Shown one piece after another: positions 44,530 to 56,700 of a DNA stretch of 64,000 bases. Position 1 is the first letter of the stretch. Each line of letters starts with the position of its first letter. The position numbers and the translations under genes were made by a program. The notes below the pieces were generated by a model, which saw only the letters and a list, made by a program, of their open reading frames with translations, made no database searches and was not told the DNA's origin. This DNA is from a virus (taxonomy: Duplodnaviria > Caudoviricetes). The stretch is taken from IMG/VR virus record IMGVR_UViG_3300042139_000023; one strand, 5' to 3'.

Positions 44530-45485
44530 TACTGGGTCGCCTTCCAGAAGGGCAGCCAGTTCTCGGCGTACCACTCGACGGTGCGCCGGATGCCCTCCTC
44601 CAGGGAGACGAAGTCCCGGGCGTCGATCCCCAGAGGCTCCAGCGTGCTTGTGTCGGATCGTACGACAGCACCCGGAACCTCGCCCGGCCTCATCGGAAGA
44701 TGCGTGATCTCGACCGGATCCCGGCCGCTCGACTCGGCGGCGAACCGGGCCACCAGCCGGGCCACGTCGTTGACGGTGCAGGACTCCACCGGACCGACCT
44801 CGGCGGGCTTGTCCAGCGGACCGTGGGCCATCGTGTGCTCCATGGCCGTGACGAAGGAGGAGGCCACGTCGCCCACGTAGACGCAGTCACTGACCTGCTG
44901 GCCGTCTCCGTAGACCTCGATCGCCGTGCTGGTCAGGGCCCGGCAGGTGAAAGCAGGCAGGATCTTGCGGACCTTCGAGGGCCCGTACGGCGCCGCGACG
45001 GACTGCCCCGGCCCGTACGCGTTGACCGGCCGCACCACCGAGACGAGGCCACCCCGGTAGGCGTTGTACATGCGGCCGTAGTCCTCGACGCAGGTCTTCG
45101 AGATCGTGTAGCTGCCGGTCGCGTGATCCCTCATCCAGGCGTTGCCCACGCCCGCGTACACCACCGGAAGGTGGTACTGCACGGCTGCCTCGAAGACGTT
45201 CAGGCCGCCCAGGATGTTCGTCGCGGCCGACGGCCGGGGATTCTGGATCGTCTCCTGCGTGCCGAGCACGGCTGCCAGGTGAATGATCCCGTCCACGTGG
45301 GCGGCCAGTTCTGTGACCGCCGTGGGGCTCTCGATGTCTCCGAGGAAGAAGGACTCTCCGTCGGCCATCGGCGTGCGCGGGTACCGGTCGAACACGGCCA
45401 CTTCGTGGCCGCGCCGCAGCAGCTCCCGGCGCACCCAGCCGCCGATGAAGCCCTGCCCGCCGCTCAGTCCGATCTTCATCCGCAT
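44529..45485 (-). CDS. NAD-dependent nucleotide-sugar epimerase/dehydratase (extended SDR)
   Basis: GGQGFIG Rossmann motif, IIHLAA, YTISK (YxxxK), RPVNAYGPGQ, GDGQQVSDCVYVGDV. Confidence 0.92.
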   Translation of the reverse strand: MRMKIGLSGGQGFIGGWVRRELLRRGHEVAVFDRYPRTPMADGESFFLGDIESPTAVTELAAHVDGIIHLAAVLGTQETIQNPRPSAATNILGGLNVFEAAVQYHLPVVYAGVGNAWMRDHATGSYTISKTCVEDYGRMYNAYRGGLVSVVRPVNAYGPGQSVAAPYGPSKVRKILPAFTCRALTSTAIEVYGDGQQVSDCVYVGDVASSFVTAMEHTMAHGPLDKPAEVGPVESCTVNDVARLVARFAAESSGRDPVEITHLPMRPGEVPGAVVRSDTSTLEPLGIDARDFVSLEEGIRRTVEWYAENWLPFWKATQ

Positions 45486-45967
45486 CCCCTTTGCACGGCA
45501 TCACGCCCATACTTTCTGGTGGCTGCACCCCGGGCCTCGCCTGAATCGTGAGCCCCGTGGCACTTCTTGCACAGCTCCGACCAGTCGTTCAGGTCGCGAC
45601 GATACTCGTGACTTTTGTTCGACCACTCGGTTGGAGCATCCGAAGTTCCGCAGTTTTCACAGACTCCGGTTTTCTGCTTGTGCTTTGCTACCCAGCGATG
45701 GAGTTCTTTGTAACTTACGTCCTCACCTTTCCAGGACACGTTGCCTTCGCCGGTTTCTTGCGGTCGGCCCGGCTTGAACCAGCCGGGATTCTCGTTTTTG
45801 ATCTCGTACTTGAGGCCGGTGGGGCGGACTCGGTAGCGGTACATGCAGTCGCGTGAGCAGTAGCGCCCGCGCCCCTGCTCGATTCGCCTCTTCGGAGTCT
45901 CGAACTCCTCTCCGCACGGACAGGTCACCTTCACGTACTCGACGGCTCGTTCGCCAGGCTTGGGCAT
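45476..45967 (-). CDS. HNH endonuclease (homing-type)
   Basis: CPCGEEF...YCSRDC, WKG...LHRWV...CENCG...WSN...LCKKCHGAHD. Confidence 0.8.
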   Translation of the reverse strand: MPKPGERAVEYVKVTCPCGEEFETPKRRIEQGRGRYCSRDCMYRYRVRPTGLKYEIKNENPGWFKPGRPQETGEGNVSWKGEDVSYKELHRWVAKHKQKTGVCENCGTSDAPTEWSNKSHEYRRDLNDWSELCKKCHGAHDSGEARGAATRKYGRDAVQRGCG

Positions 45968-45977
45968 GGTGTCACCT

Positions 45978-46017
45978 CGGTTTCATGGGTCGTTACGAGT
46001 AGCTTCCCATGAAACCG
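45978..46017. other. 12-bp inverted repeat in divergent intergenic region
   Basis: CGGTTTCATGGG / CCCATGAAACCG. Confidence 0.5.
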
Positions 46018-46195
46018 TTCCTTGCCATGCATGCCTCCCTGACCGCCGTTGATCGGCAGTCTGCCACAAGGCCACGTCTCCACAGAGCAAAACCGCAGGT
46101 CAGATCGCGTTGTCAGTGGTAGCTAGTAGAGTGGGAACCACGCAAGAACAAGCCACGAGAACGAGAACAAAACGCACAGGATCAAGGAGAAGAAC

Positions 46196-47296
46196 GTGAC
46201 CACCGACATTCTCAAGAAGCACAAGGTCAACCACGTCGCCCTGGTGATCGACAAGTCGGGTTCGATGGGCAAGCACGAGTCGACCGTCATCCGTGTGGTC
46301 GACGAGTTCGTGAAGGGCCTCAAGGAGGAGTCCGACGCGCTCGGGCACGAGACCCGCATCTCGCTCTACGCCTTCAACCACATCGTGGAGTGCCTGGTCT
46401 GGGACATGGACGTCAAGGCGCTTCCGTCCATGCGTGGCCTGTACTACCCGGACGGCGCCACCTCCCTGATCGAGGCGTCGGTGCTGTCGCTGAACGACCT
46501 CAAGACGGAGGTCTCGGAGAAGTACGGGGAGCACTCCTTCCTCCAGGTCGTGTGGACCGACGGCGAGGAGAACGCCTCGGGCTACACCAAGTGGGGCAAC
46601 ATGCACACCCAGTACGGCCAGGTCGTCAACCGCCGTCAGCTCGACGAACAGCTCGGTCTGATCCGTTCCGCGATGGGCAGCCTGCCCGACCACTGGACCT
46701 CCGCGATCCTCGTGCCCAACTCGCTGGCCAAGCGGACCGCCCAGTCCTACGGCTTCGCGGCGGGCAACATCGCCGTCTGGGACGCCGACACCACGAAGGG
46801 CGTCGAGGAGGCCATCGGCACCGTCAAGGCGGCGGCCACCAGCTTCCTGCGGGGCCGCGAGGCGGGCGTTCGCGGCACGAAGAGCCTCTTCGCGGTCGGC
46901 CAGGACATCGACATCAACACGGTGAAGGCCGTGCTGAAGCCGCTCAGCCGGGGCTCCTACGAGATCTACGACGTGGAGGCGGCCGAGGACGGCATGGAGA
47001 TCCGCGACTTCGTCGAGAAGCACACCGAGAAGTCCTACCGCCCGCGCTCCGCGTACTACGAGCTGGGCGTTCGCGTCTCGGTCCAGTCCAACAAGGACGT
47101 CCTGGTCTACGACAAGAAGACCCGGAAGGTCTACGGCGGCGAGGACGCCCGCGAGCTGCTGTTCGGCCCCGACGGGCGCACGAACGGCACCCTCTCGGTG
47201 AAGGCCGGGTTCAACCCGGACCTGAAGGTCTTCGTGATGTCGGGCAGCTACAACCGGAAGCTGAAGAAGAACACGAAGCTCCTCGTCAAGCTGTGA
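46196..47296 (+). CDS. vWA (MIDAS) domain protein
   Basis: ALVIDKSGSM (DxSxS) and WTDGEEN. Confidence 0.85.
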   Translation: MTTDILKKHKVNHVALVIDKSGSMGKHESTVIRVVDEFVKGLKEESDALGHETRISLYAFNHIVECLVWDMDVKALPSMRGLYYPDGATSLIEASVLSLNDLKTEVSEKYGEHSFLQVVWTDGEENASGYTKWGNMHTQYGQVVNRRQLDEQLGLIRSAMGSLPDHWTSAILVPNSLAKRTAQSYGFAAGNIAVWDADTTKGVEEAIGTVKAAATSFLRGREAGVRGTKSLFAVGQDIDINTVKAVLKPLSRGSYEIYDVEAAEDGMEIRDFVEKHTEKSYRPRSAYYELGVRVSVQSNKDVLVYDKKTRKVYGGEDARELLFGPDGRTNGTLSVKAGFNPDLKVFVMSGSYNRKLKKNTKLLVKL

Positions 47297-47380
47297 GCCG
47301 GGCCGGTACAGTTCCGGCATGACTCGTGACGCGACTTTCCCACTTCAGCCCCAAGGCGGGGCTGGTGGGGAAGGAACGCG

Positions 47381-47539
47381 ATGGCGCACAGTCCGCATCG
47401 CCAGTGGAAGGGGTGCCGCCTCTGCGCTCCCCACAAGGACAAGCGCAACGGCCGTCCGGTCCGCGATCCGTGGCGCGAGGTCCGCAAGACGGGCCTGAAG
47501 CGCCGCTACGGCCGCCGCTGGACGCCCGAAGAGAGCTGA
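47381..47539 (+). CDS. 52-aa basic CxxC-PHK peptide (not in ORF track)
   Basis: GGGAAGGA RBS; MAHSPHRQWKGCRLCAPHKDKRNG...; followed by terminator. Confidence 0.6.
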   Translation: MAHSPHRQWKGCRLCAPHKDKRNGRPVRDPWREVRKTGLKRRYGRRWTPEES

Positions 47540-47543
47540 CCCG

Positions 47544-47576
47544 ACACCCCGCCCATCCGCAAGATGGGCGGGGTGT
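47544..47576 (+). terminator. Hairpin terminator
   Basis: 14-bp inverted repeat ACACCCCGCCCATC / GATGGGCGGGGTGT. Confidence 0.72.
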
Positions 47577-47644
47577 TCTGCATTCCGTGATCCCATCCGG
47601 CCTGACCTCCGTCTACGCTGCTCTCAGCATCCGAGGAGGCCCGA

Positions 47645-50600
47645 ATGGCTCTGCCCACCCAGCGCACGGTCACCGGAACGTACGTGAATCCCGTGACGGG
47701 CAAGCCGTACGACGGCACAAACGGGCGCAACCAGTACGTGGTTTTCGAGCCGTATCCGTCCGTGTGGACCGACCAGGACGGAAATCAGATTCTCCTGGGA
47801 AGCGGCCGGGTGAATCTCTCCGAGAATGGCAGCTTCCAGAAAGACCTCGTCTGCACCGACGACCCCGGAGTTCTTCCGAGTGGGCGCCTGTGGAAAATCC
47901 ACCAGCACGTCGGAGACTCCATCTCCACCGGCTACATCGCCGTGCCGGAAGGAAGCGGGTCGCTGGACATCAGCGATCTCCTCTCGATCGAAGAGGGCGG
48001 GGTCGTCTTCGTCCCCTCCCCCGGACCTCCTGGCCCGGCCGGACCGACCGGACCGACGGGCCCCGCTGGTCCTGCTGGAGCAGAGGGCGCGGCGGGGCCA
48101 GCGGGCGCCGAAGGGGAGTCTGCGTACGACGTAGCGGTGGACAACGGGTTCGTCGGCACGGAATCCCAGTGGCTGGCCTCTCTGGTGGGACCCGAAGGCG
48201 CCGAAGGGCCGACCGGTCCCCAGCCTCCCCTCGGAGATGCCGGAGACGGCCCGACGGTCGCCCTGAAGTCGGACGATCCGACCACCACGAACTCGCGCAC
48301 CCCGACCGGCCCGGCAGGTGGTGACCTGGGCGGCACCTATCCGAACCCGGAAGTCCTGAAGCTGGCCGGAATCGAGATCACCGGCACGCCGAATCCGGGT
48401 GATGCCCTTGTGGCCACCAATGCCGACAGTGCTACCTGGGCGACGGCCGGTGAGTCGCTGCCCTGGGTTTTCGACGTGACCGACTCCGCCTACGGCGCAG
48501 TGGGCGATGCGACGATCGTGAGCGACGGCGCGATGACCTCCGGGTCCGCCATCCTCACCAGTTCCACGGCGAACTGGCCCACCGACATCACGGGCAAGAA
48601 GATCGCCGTGAAGAACGCCGGTCCGACAGGCATCACCACCCTCATCACCACCGTCGCCAGCCGCCAGAGCGCCACCCAGATCACCCTCTCCGACGCGAAC
48701 GCCTCGGGCATTTCGATCACCAACGCGACGGTCACTTACGGCACCGACGACACGGCTGCCATCCAGGCCGCCGTAGATGCGGCCGAGGCGTATCTGGTCA
48801 CCCACTCCTACGCGCAGGTGTACTTCCCGCCCCGGGCCTATCTGGTGGCAGGCGCCCTGAACACCAGCAAGAGCGGCAACGGGCAGATCGTGTTCGGCGT
48901 CTACGCGACGACCGGCGTGAAGAAGACGCTGGAGTTCCGGGGCGAGGGCAACGGCGCTGCGGCGGTCCGGCACTGGGAGCAGACAGTCCCCCAGTACGCC
49001 AACTCCTGCCTGATCAGCCTTGGGGTCTTCTCGTCGACCGCCGCGCAGATCTCCAACCTCAACGCCAACGGCAACCCGGGCGTCATCAGCGGCCCCAACG
49101 AAGGCACCTCGAACGGCCTGGCGTACGGCGCCTCGGCCCGCTACAGCAACGTGATGGCCGTGCTGACCAACCTGGCCATTCTTACGACCCACTCGGCGTA
49201 CGGCCTCGGCTACGGGGCGGCCAACCTCTGGGGCTGCGCCAACGCCTACATCGACAACTTCGGCTACGGCACGGCAGGCACCGTCGCCAGCCCGAGCACC
49301 GACTACACCTCGCCCGGAGTTTTCGCCACGGGCCTCGTGGTCGGCCTGCTGCTTCCGGCGCCCGGCAACAACGACCACACCATCGCCCGGAACATCTCCT
49401 GCGGAGGCGGCTACACCTACGCTCTCTTCTTCACCGAGCATGCGGTGATCGAACGCCTGATGATTCTGTACTGCTGGGCCGCCCTGGTCGCGGTCGGTTC
49501 CTACGCGGGCAGCGTCGGATCCGTCCATGGCATGAAGGTCGTCTCGGCCTCGATCGAGGCGTGCACGAACGAGCTGTACATCTACGGCGGCGGCTCCAGC
49601 GGAATCGGTCCGATCGTCGACATCGATCAGCTCTCCACCGAGAACGGCACGCCGACCGTTCACGGCACGAGCACAGCCGCCATGAATGCGGCCCTGGGCA
49701 AGGTGCGGCTGACCGGCCTCTTCAACGAGGCGGGCGTCAACGTGACGAGCCCGACCGGAATCGAGCTGATCAACGGCCAGGTTCCGATCGCGATCAAGCG
49801 GAAGACCGCCACGTTCACGTGTTCGCCGATCGACCGGATCCTGATCTGCGACACCACCAGCGGAAGTTTCACCGGCACCCTCCCGAGCGCCGCGTTCTGC
49901 CCCGTCGAGTACACCTTCAAGAACGTCGGCAGCAATACGCTCACCGTGGCCACGACGAGCAGCCAGAACATCTACTCCATCAGCAGCACCGGGGCGACCA
50001 CCGCCACGGTCCGGCCTGGACAGACCCTCCGCGTCAGGGCCCTGTACAACGGAAGCACGTGGGGCTGGCACTCGGATACTCCGATCGCCCACGCCTCCAC
50101 GCACGCGCTCGGCGGATCGGACGCGCTCACCCCGGCGGCGATCGGCGCCGAACCCTCCCGCATCGCTGCGCACGGGCTGGCCGCCTGGTGCTACGACCCG
50201 GCGCTGGCGGTCAACTCGACGGAGATGTCCAACGGCGTCCTCTACCTGGTCCGGGTCGACCTCTACGCCAACGTCAACGCGACGAAGATCTACTGGTGGG
50301 TCGGCAACAACGGGTCCGGACCGGTTTCCGGCCAGAACCTGGTGGGCCTCTACTCCTCCACCGGAGTACTTCTGGCCTCGACGAACGTGGACTCCTCCAT
50401 CTCGTCGGCCGGTCTGAAGACCACCACCATCACGAGCCAGTCCCTGACGGCCGGATCGTTCTACTGGATCGGCCTCCTCTTCAACGCGTCGGTCCCTCCG
50501 ACCCTGACTCGTGGCTCCGGGTGGACTGGCGTGGAGAGCGCGGCCAACGTCGGCCTCACCGCCGCGACACTGCGTTTCGCCAAGAACGGATCCGGCCGGA

Positions 50601-50680
50601 CCGCACTTCCCTCTCCCCTTGTTCCAGAGATCAACACGGGCACAGACTTCGCGGGTCCCTGGGCTGCCGTAGGGGCGTGA
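47645..50680 (+). CDS. Tail fibre/tailspike-like protein with collagen repeats and pectin-lyase-like beta-helix
   Basis: GPPGPAGPTGPTGPAG collagen; GESAYDVAVDNGFVGTESQWLASL repeat; AYGAVGD...DDTAAIQAAVD beta-helix cap. Confidence 0.8.
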   Translation: MALPTQRTVTGTYVNPVTGKPYDGTNGRNQYVVFEPYPSVWTDQDGNQILLGSGRVNLSENGSFQKDLVCTDDPGVLPSGRLWKIHQHVGDSISTGYIAVPEGSGSLDISDLLSIEEGGVVFVPSPGPPGPAGPTGPTGPAGPAGAEGAAGPAGAEGESAYDVAVDNGFVGTESQWLASLVGPEGAEGPTGPQPPLGDAGDGPTVALKSDDPTTTNSRTPTGPAGGDLGGTYPNPEVLKLAGIEITGTPNPGDALVATNADSATWATAGESLPWVFDVTDSAYGAVGDATIVSDGAMTSGSAILTSSTANWPTDITGKKIAVKNAGPTGITTLITTVASRQSATQITLSDANASGISITNATVTYGTDDTAAIQAAVDAAEAYLVTHSYAQVYFPPRAYLVAGALNTSKSGNGQIVFGVYATTGVKKTLEFRGEGNGAAAVRHWEQTVPQYANSCLISLGVFSSTAAQISNLNANGNPGVISGPNEGTSNGLAYGASARYSNVMAVLTNLAILTTHSAYGLGYGAANLWGCANAYIDNFGYGTAGTVASPSTDYTSPGVFATGLVVGLLLPAPGNNDHTIARNISCGGGYTYALFFTEHAVIERLMILYCWAALVAVGSYAGSVGSVHGMKVVSASIEACTNELYIYGGGSSGIGPIVDIDQLSTENGTPTVHGTSTAAMNAALGKVRLTGLFNEAGVNVTSPTGIELINGQVPIAIKRKTATFTCSPIDRILICDTTSGSFTGTLPSAAFCPVEYTFKNVGSNTLTVATTSSQNIYSISSTGATTATVRPGQTLRVRALYNGSTWGWHSDTPIAHASTHALGGSDALTPAAIGAEPSRIAAHGLAAWCYDPALAVNSTEMSNGVLYLVRVDLYANVNATKIYWWVGNNGSGPVSGQNLVGLYSSTGVLLASTNVDSSISSAGLKTTTITSQSLTAGSFYWIGLLFNASVPPTLTRGSGWTGVESAANVGLTAATLRFAKNGSGRTALPSPLVPEINTGTDFAGPWAAVGA

Positions 50681-50746
50681 TCCAATCACTTCGGCGCTCG
50701 TCGTGATTCCTGATTACTCTGCTCCCAGACGAGAGAAAGGCTGACC

Positions 50747-53700
50747 ATGGCGCTGCCGACCGAACGTACCGTCACCGGCACTTACGTCAATCCGGTCAAT
50801 GGTGAGCCGTATGACGGAAGCGATGGATCCAACTACGTGATTTTCGAACCTGTTCCGTCTCGATGGACGGATCAGGAAGGGAATCAGATTCTCCTCGGCG
50901 GCGGAAAGGTCACGCTCGACGAGAACGGTCACTTCTCGGAAACTCTCGTCTGCACCGATGCGGCCGGAGTGCTCCCGGCCGACGGCCGCATGTGGCGCCT
51001 GCGGCAGTTCGTGGGCGGCGACTGGGAAGAAGGCGTCTTCGCCCTTCCCGAGGGGACCGGCGCTCTCGACATCACCGACATCCTCTCGGTCGACGTCTGC
51101 GGAGTCGATTACGTACCCGTGCCCGGCCCGCCCGGCAGTCCTGGCACGCCCGGTACGCCTGGAGCCCCGGGCGCCGACGGGCAGGACGGTGAGTCCGCCT
51201 ACCAGGTCGCGGTCGACAACGGCTTCGTGGGGACCGAGGAGGAGTGGCTGGCCTCCCTGGTGGGGCCTGCTGGTCCCTCCGGCGTGGACGGCGGCCTCGA
51301 CACCGGCATCACCTCCGGCGGCGACATCTCGGTGAACCCGGACAATCCCCTGGCCATCGACATCAATCCCCTCAGTGGCCGGATCGTCGACTACCTCACC
51401 GACCCGCTGACGATCACGCCCGTCGAGAGCACGAGTGTCATCACGGTCGAGCTGGACAGCGTCGCCCAGACCAGGGACATCACCTGGTTCGTGATGGACG
51501 CCGACCTGAACGTCTACCAGCAGGAGAACCGGCCCACGCCCGAGGACCGGCGGACCTTCATCGTCCTGGGCATGGCCGCGCAGGACAACGGATCGATCTT
51601 CCTCGCGCAGTCCATCCCCACCATCTCGGGCAACCCGGTCAACCAGCTCTATGACCTGATGGACGCGATCGGCGCCTTCGGCATCTCGGGCAACGACGTC
51701 AGCCCCAACGGCGCGAACCTGATGCTCAACGTGGGTTCCGGTCAGGTCTTCTCCCGGGGCTGGAACCACTTCGACGGCGGCAGCGAGACCAACAACCCGC
51801 ACATCACCGACACCGTCGGCGCGACCCCGGCCTCCTGGACGAACGTCCTGCGTGACTCCGACCTGGAACATGTGCTGTCGTCGACCGTCGTGGACGTCGG
51901 CAACTACGACAACAACGGCTCCCTGGTCCCCGTGCCCAACGGCGAGTACGTGGTCCACCAGCTCTGGATGTTCCCCACCAACGAGGGCGCTGAGGTCCAC
52001 GTTCTCCAGTACGGCCAGCAGACGTACGCCTCGCTCGATGACGCGGTCTCCTCGGCGGGCAAGGAAGCCTTCGCGACCAACCCGGCGCTCCCCGGCAACG
52101 CGATCAATCTCGGGTTCCTGGCGACCTCCGGCTCGGCCACCGACCTCTCCAACTCGACCCAGGCCCTGTTCATCAAGGCGGGCAAGTTCGGCTCGGGCCC
52201 CGGCGGTGGCGCCGCTGTCGACTTGAGCGGGTACGCCCAGCTCTCCGGCGCCGAGTTCACCGGCACCGTCTCCTCGCTGCGCGCGGCCGATGATGACATT
52301 GCCCAGTCGTCCCGGACCCTGGTCAACACCAACGACCTGTGGCGCCGCCTCACCGACGGCGAGATGCAGTGGGGATCGGGCTCCGGCCCGATGGACACGT
52401 TCCTGAAGCGCCTGGGTGTGGGCCTGCTGGCGCTTATCAACAGCGACCTTCTGATCGGCCAGGAGGACGCGAAGAGCTACCGGCTCCGGCAGTCCGGCGC
52501 ATCCCTGGATCTCGACGCTTCGGGTGCCGATCTCTTCATGTCGGTCTTCGAGCTGGTCAACTTCCTCGGAGAGCAGTACACGTACCTCCGCCTGGAATCC
52601 GGCGAGTTCACTGCGCACGCCAGCGGAAAGTGGCTGTTCGGAAGCGGCCCGGACGACACATCCGTCCACACCATCGACGGCCTGAACAACCTGCTCGGCT
52701 TCTTCGGCGTGACCCCGGTCGGCAAGCAGACGGTCTCCGGCGAGCGGACGACCGGCGGAGCCCTCCAGAGCCTGCTGGACGGCCTGGAAGCGCTCGGCCT
52801 CATCACTGACTCCTCGACGGCCGGAGAGGCTGTCGTAGAGACCGTGAACGGCGAATCCGGGCCTGACGTGACCCTCTCCGCCGCCGACGTCGGAGCGGTC
52901 GACGTGACCGAGAAGGGTGTCGCCAGCGGTGTGGCCACGCTCGGCCTCGACGGAAAGGTTCCCTCGGGGCAGCTCCCGACCGCACCGGTCACTTCGGTCA
53001 ACACCGAGACCGGCGCCGTGGTACTCGACGCCGCCGACGTGGGGGCGATCGACAGCGACGAGAAGGGCGCCAACAACGGCGTCGCCACCCTCGACAACAC
53101 GGGCAAGGTCCCGAGCGCCCAGCTCCCGGCCGCCCCTGTCACCTCCGTGAACGGCGAGACCGGAGCGGTGAGCCTGAGCGCGGCCGACGTCGGGGCGCTC
53201 GACCAGGCCACGGCCGACGGCCTCTACATGGCGCAGGATTCCCTGTGGATCAACGGCATGGACCACGGCGTCGTCGGTGACGGCACCACGGATGACGCGC
53301 CCGCCATCAACGCGATCCTCGCCAGCTCCCCGGCAGGCAGCGTCATCGCCCTGCCGCCGCTCACGTTCGCCACCGATGAGCCGATCGTCGTACCGCCCGG
53401 CAAGACACTGATGACCCTGCGCTCCGACCTGATGACGGTCACCGACCTGTACGAGCCGAACGCCCAGATCAAGCCGCTGGCCACCTTCACGGGCGCCGCC
53501 GCAATCCGGTTCCTGGACGCGACCGACGGCGGCTACGCGGACATCTCCGGCGAGCAGCGGGTCCTGAACGTCACCCTCGACGGATCGAACGTGGCGGCCG
53601 GAGTCGACGGGATTCAGGCCAAGGGCAACGTGCAGAACGTGGCTCTGCGCGACGTCACGATCCGGCGCTTCCCGAACTCCGGCATCTACTGCGGCCTCCA

Positions 53701-56700
53701 GGGCGGCATCGCCCCGTACTCCTGGCGCATGCACCGGGTGATGCTCGACAACAACCACGCGCACGGCTTCTTCGGTGAGCGCATGGTCGACCTCACGGCC
53801 GTCGACTGCCAGGCGATCGGCAACTGGTCCAACGGCTGGATGCTCCAGAACGCGGCGAACTCCCAGATGGTCGGCTGCCGGGCCGAATGGAACGGCAACC
53901 ACGGGTTCTACCTGAGCGGCAACTGGGGCAACGGCGCCGGATCCGGCGGCATGCTGATGTCGGGCTGCTCGACCGACCGCAACGGCTTCAACGGTGTCTA
54001 CGTGGACGCCACGGGCACCCCGCCGATCGTCATCTCCAACCTCATGACCCGACGCGACGGCCGCAACGGCGGTACCGGTGGAGGCGGGTATGCGGGCGTG
54101 GCCACGAACGGCGCCACAACGCCGCTCATCATCGGCGACTGGACGAACTTCCCCGGCGTGGACGATGGGGGCGCCTCGACGAACTCGCCCCAGTACGGCG
54201 GCTCCTTCACCGACACCGCGTTCGTGCAGATCGACAACGCCTACCTGCACGCTGCGACCGGCGGCATCTTCGACGCGGGCGACAACGGAGAAGTCCGGCT
54301 GGGCTCGAACATCACCTACGCGATCGGAACCACCAGCGCTTTCACCCGGGGTCGCGTCCCGTCCGGAGAGATCACGGTGGCCGCCGCCGACTCCGCCTCG
54401 GCCGACGAGGCGGACTTCATCTGCACCGGCACCGACGACCACCTGGTGATCCAGACGGCCATCGACCTGGTCGACGGGGCGCCCGGCAAGGGCCGCGTAC
54501 GCCTGCTCGACGGCACCTTCAACCTGGGGGCCACGATCAACTGGCCCAGCGGGGTCGGCCTGGGTCTCGTCGGCTCCGGCTGGGGGACCGTGCTGAAGCT
54601 GGCCGCCGGGGTCGACGACAATGCCATCACTTTCTCCGGCGACGAAACGCGCTCGACGTTCTCCGACTTCACCATCGACGGCAATCACACGAACCAGACC
54701 ACGGGCCCGTCTGGCGGCATCTGGGCAATGGGTGCCGTGGAGTGCGTCTTCCAGCGTCTGCACTTCACCGCCTGCAAGAGCATGGCCCTGGTGTTCTCCG
54801 GGCAGAACAACACGGCCTTCGGCCACAACAACGTCGTCACGCACTGCCTCTTCGACAACGCGAACACCTCCACCCTGGAGGGTGGTGCGATCTACCTGAC
54901 GTCGAGCGATGAGAACTTCATCGTGGCCTGCGATTTCCAGTTCCTCGGCGGATCCGGTGCCGCGATGGGAATGATCCACGATACGGCCGGAACGCAAACC
55001 ATCCTGGGCTGCAACTTCGTCAACGGCGGCAACAGCCGTCCGGCCATCCGTGTGCAGGACGCGTCCGCCACGAAGGTCATCGGATGCAACTTCGACGGGG
55101 TGGCCGGTGACGCCATCTTCCTCGCGGCCCAGAACTGCGTGGTTGAGGGCAACACCATCTTCGGCATCGGTGCTGTCGGAACGGCTGGTTCCTACAGCGG
55201 CATCCACCTGGAGTTCGCCGCCACCGGCAACCTGATCTCCGGCAACTCCCTCACCTCCCACACGACGAACGGCGCCGCTCGCTCCCTGATCCGCGAGGAA
55301 TCCGTCGGTGACTCGGGCAACAACCTGATCATCGGCAACATGCTCATCACCAAAGGCACGCTGGCCGTGGCCGCGCTCGACATCAACGCCCCCGGCACGA
55401 TGGCGCGCGACAACATGGGCGGCGGAGTGAAGGGTGACGTGGCGCCCGCTCTGCGCACCAACGCCGGGGCCATCTCCGACGCCACGTTCGCCCCGCTCGT
55501 GCCGAGTGATGGCATGCAGGGTGTCGACACCACGAACAGCCGGGTCTACACCCGTATCGGTGGCACCTGGAAGTACACCCCGGCCGCCAGCCGGGCGCTC
55601 GCTGGGGCCATGTACGTGGCCGCCTCGGACTCCTCGGCCGCCGACAAGGCGATGGCTGACTATGTCTGCGACGGCACCGCCGACGAGGTGCAGATCCAGG
55701 CGGCGATCGACGCGGTGCAGGCGACGGGTGGCGGTGTGGTGCTGCTCTCCCCGGGCACCTTCAACGTCGCGGCCACCATCGAGATCAACGGCACGATCGA
55801 CGAGGACAACGCGAAGACGGTGACCCTGCGCGGCTGTGGCCAGCAGGCGACCTACCTGAACGCCGCCTCGAATGTCGTCGCGATCACCATCTCGGACTGG
55901 GCTCAGGTTCACCTCGACTCGTTCTGCATCTTCATCGCCGGATCCGGAATCGGAATCAAGTCGATCGGCGTAAACGACGTCGGCAACAACAACACGATCT
56001 CGTTCTGGCACTCCAGCTTCCGGAACCTTCGCATCAACGGCGCCTTCAACGCCTCGTACACCACGTGGGGTATGGAGCTGGGAATGCCGTGGCGGTCCAC
56101 CTTCGAGAACATCGAAGTCGAAGGCTGCCGGAATGGCATCAAAATCATCAACAACTCCAGCGTGCAGAACGCGGGAGACTGTGTCTTCTCGCGCCTCTTC
56201 GTGGAGATCGTCGGAACGGGTGGATACGCCCTCTACTTCGACTCTCAGGCCAACAACATGAACCAGAACATCTGGCACATGTTCGAGGCCGGGGCCAACT
56301 CCACCGGCTGCACGGGCATCTACGTCGGAGGAGCCGCCCCGACGGCCAGCCAGCGGTTCTACGGCCTGAACCTGGAGCAGTTCCAGACCGGCATCAACGT
56401 GGCCAACGGTGAGAGCAACGAGTTCTACTGCAACTACGTGACCGGCGACAGCGGGCAGGCCGGAAACAAGATGTTCGTCTGCGCCTCGAATTCGTACAAC
56501 AACCTCTTCCAGGCGAAGTGGGTCAATGTCGAATCGAGCGGCACGCTTCAGATCATCGAAGACCTGAACACGACGTCTGCGGCTCCGAACATTTTCGAGC
56601 GCATCCGCATCGAGAACAACACGGGCGGCACGGTCACCTACACGAAGTCCTCGTCCACGGTTTTCCGGGACATCACGACCTTCAATACGGGTAACGCGAT

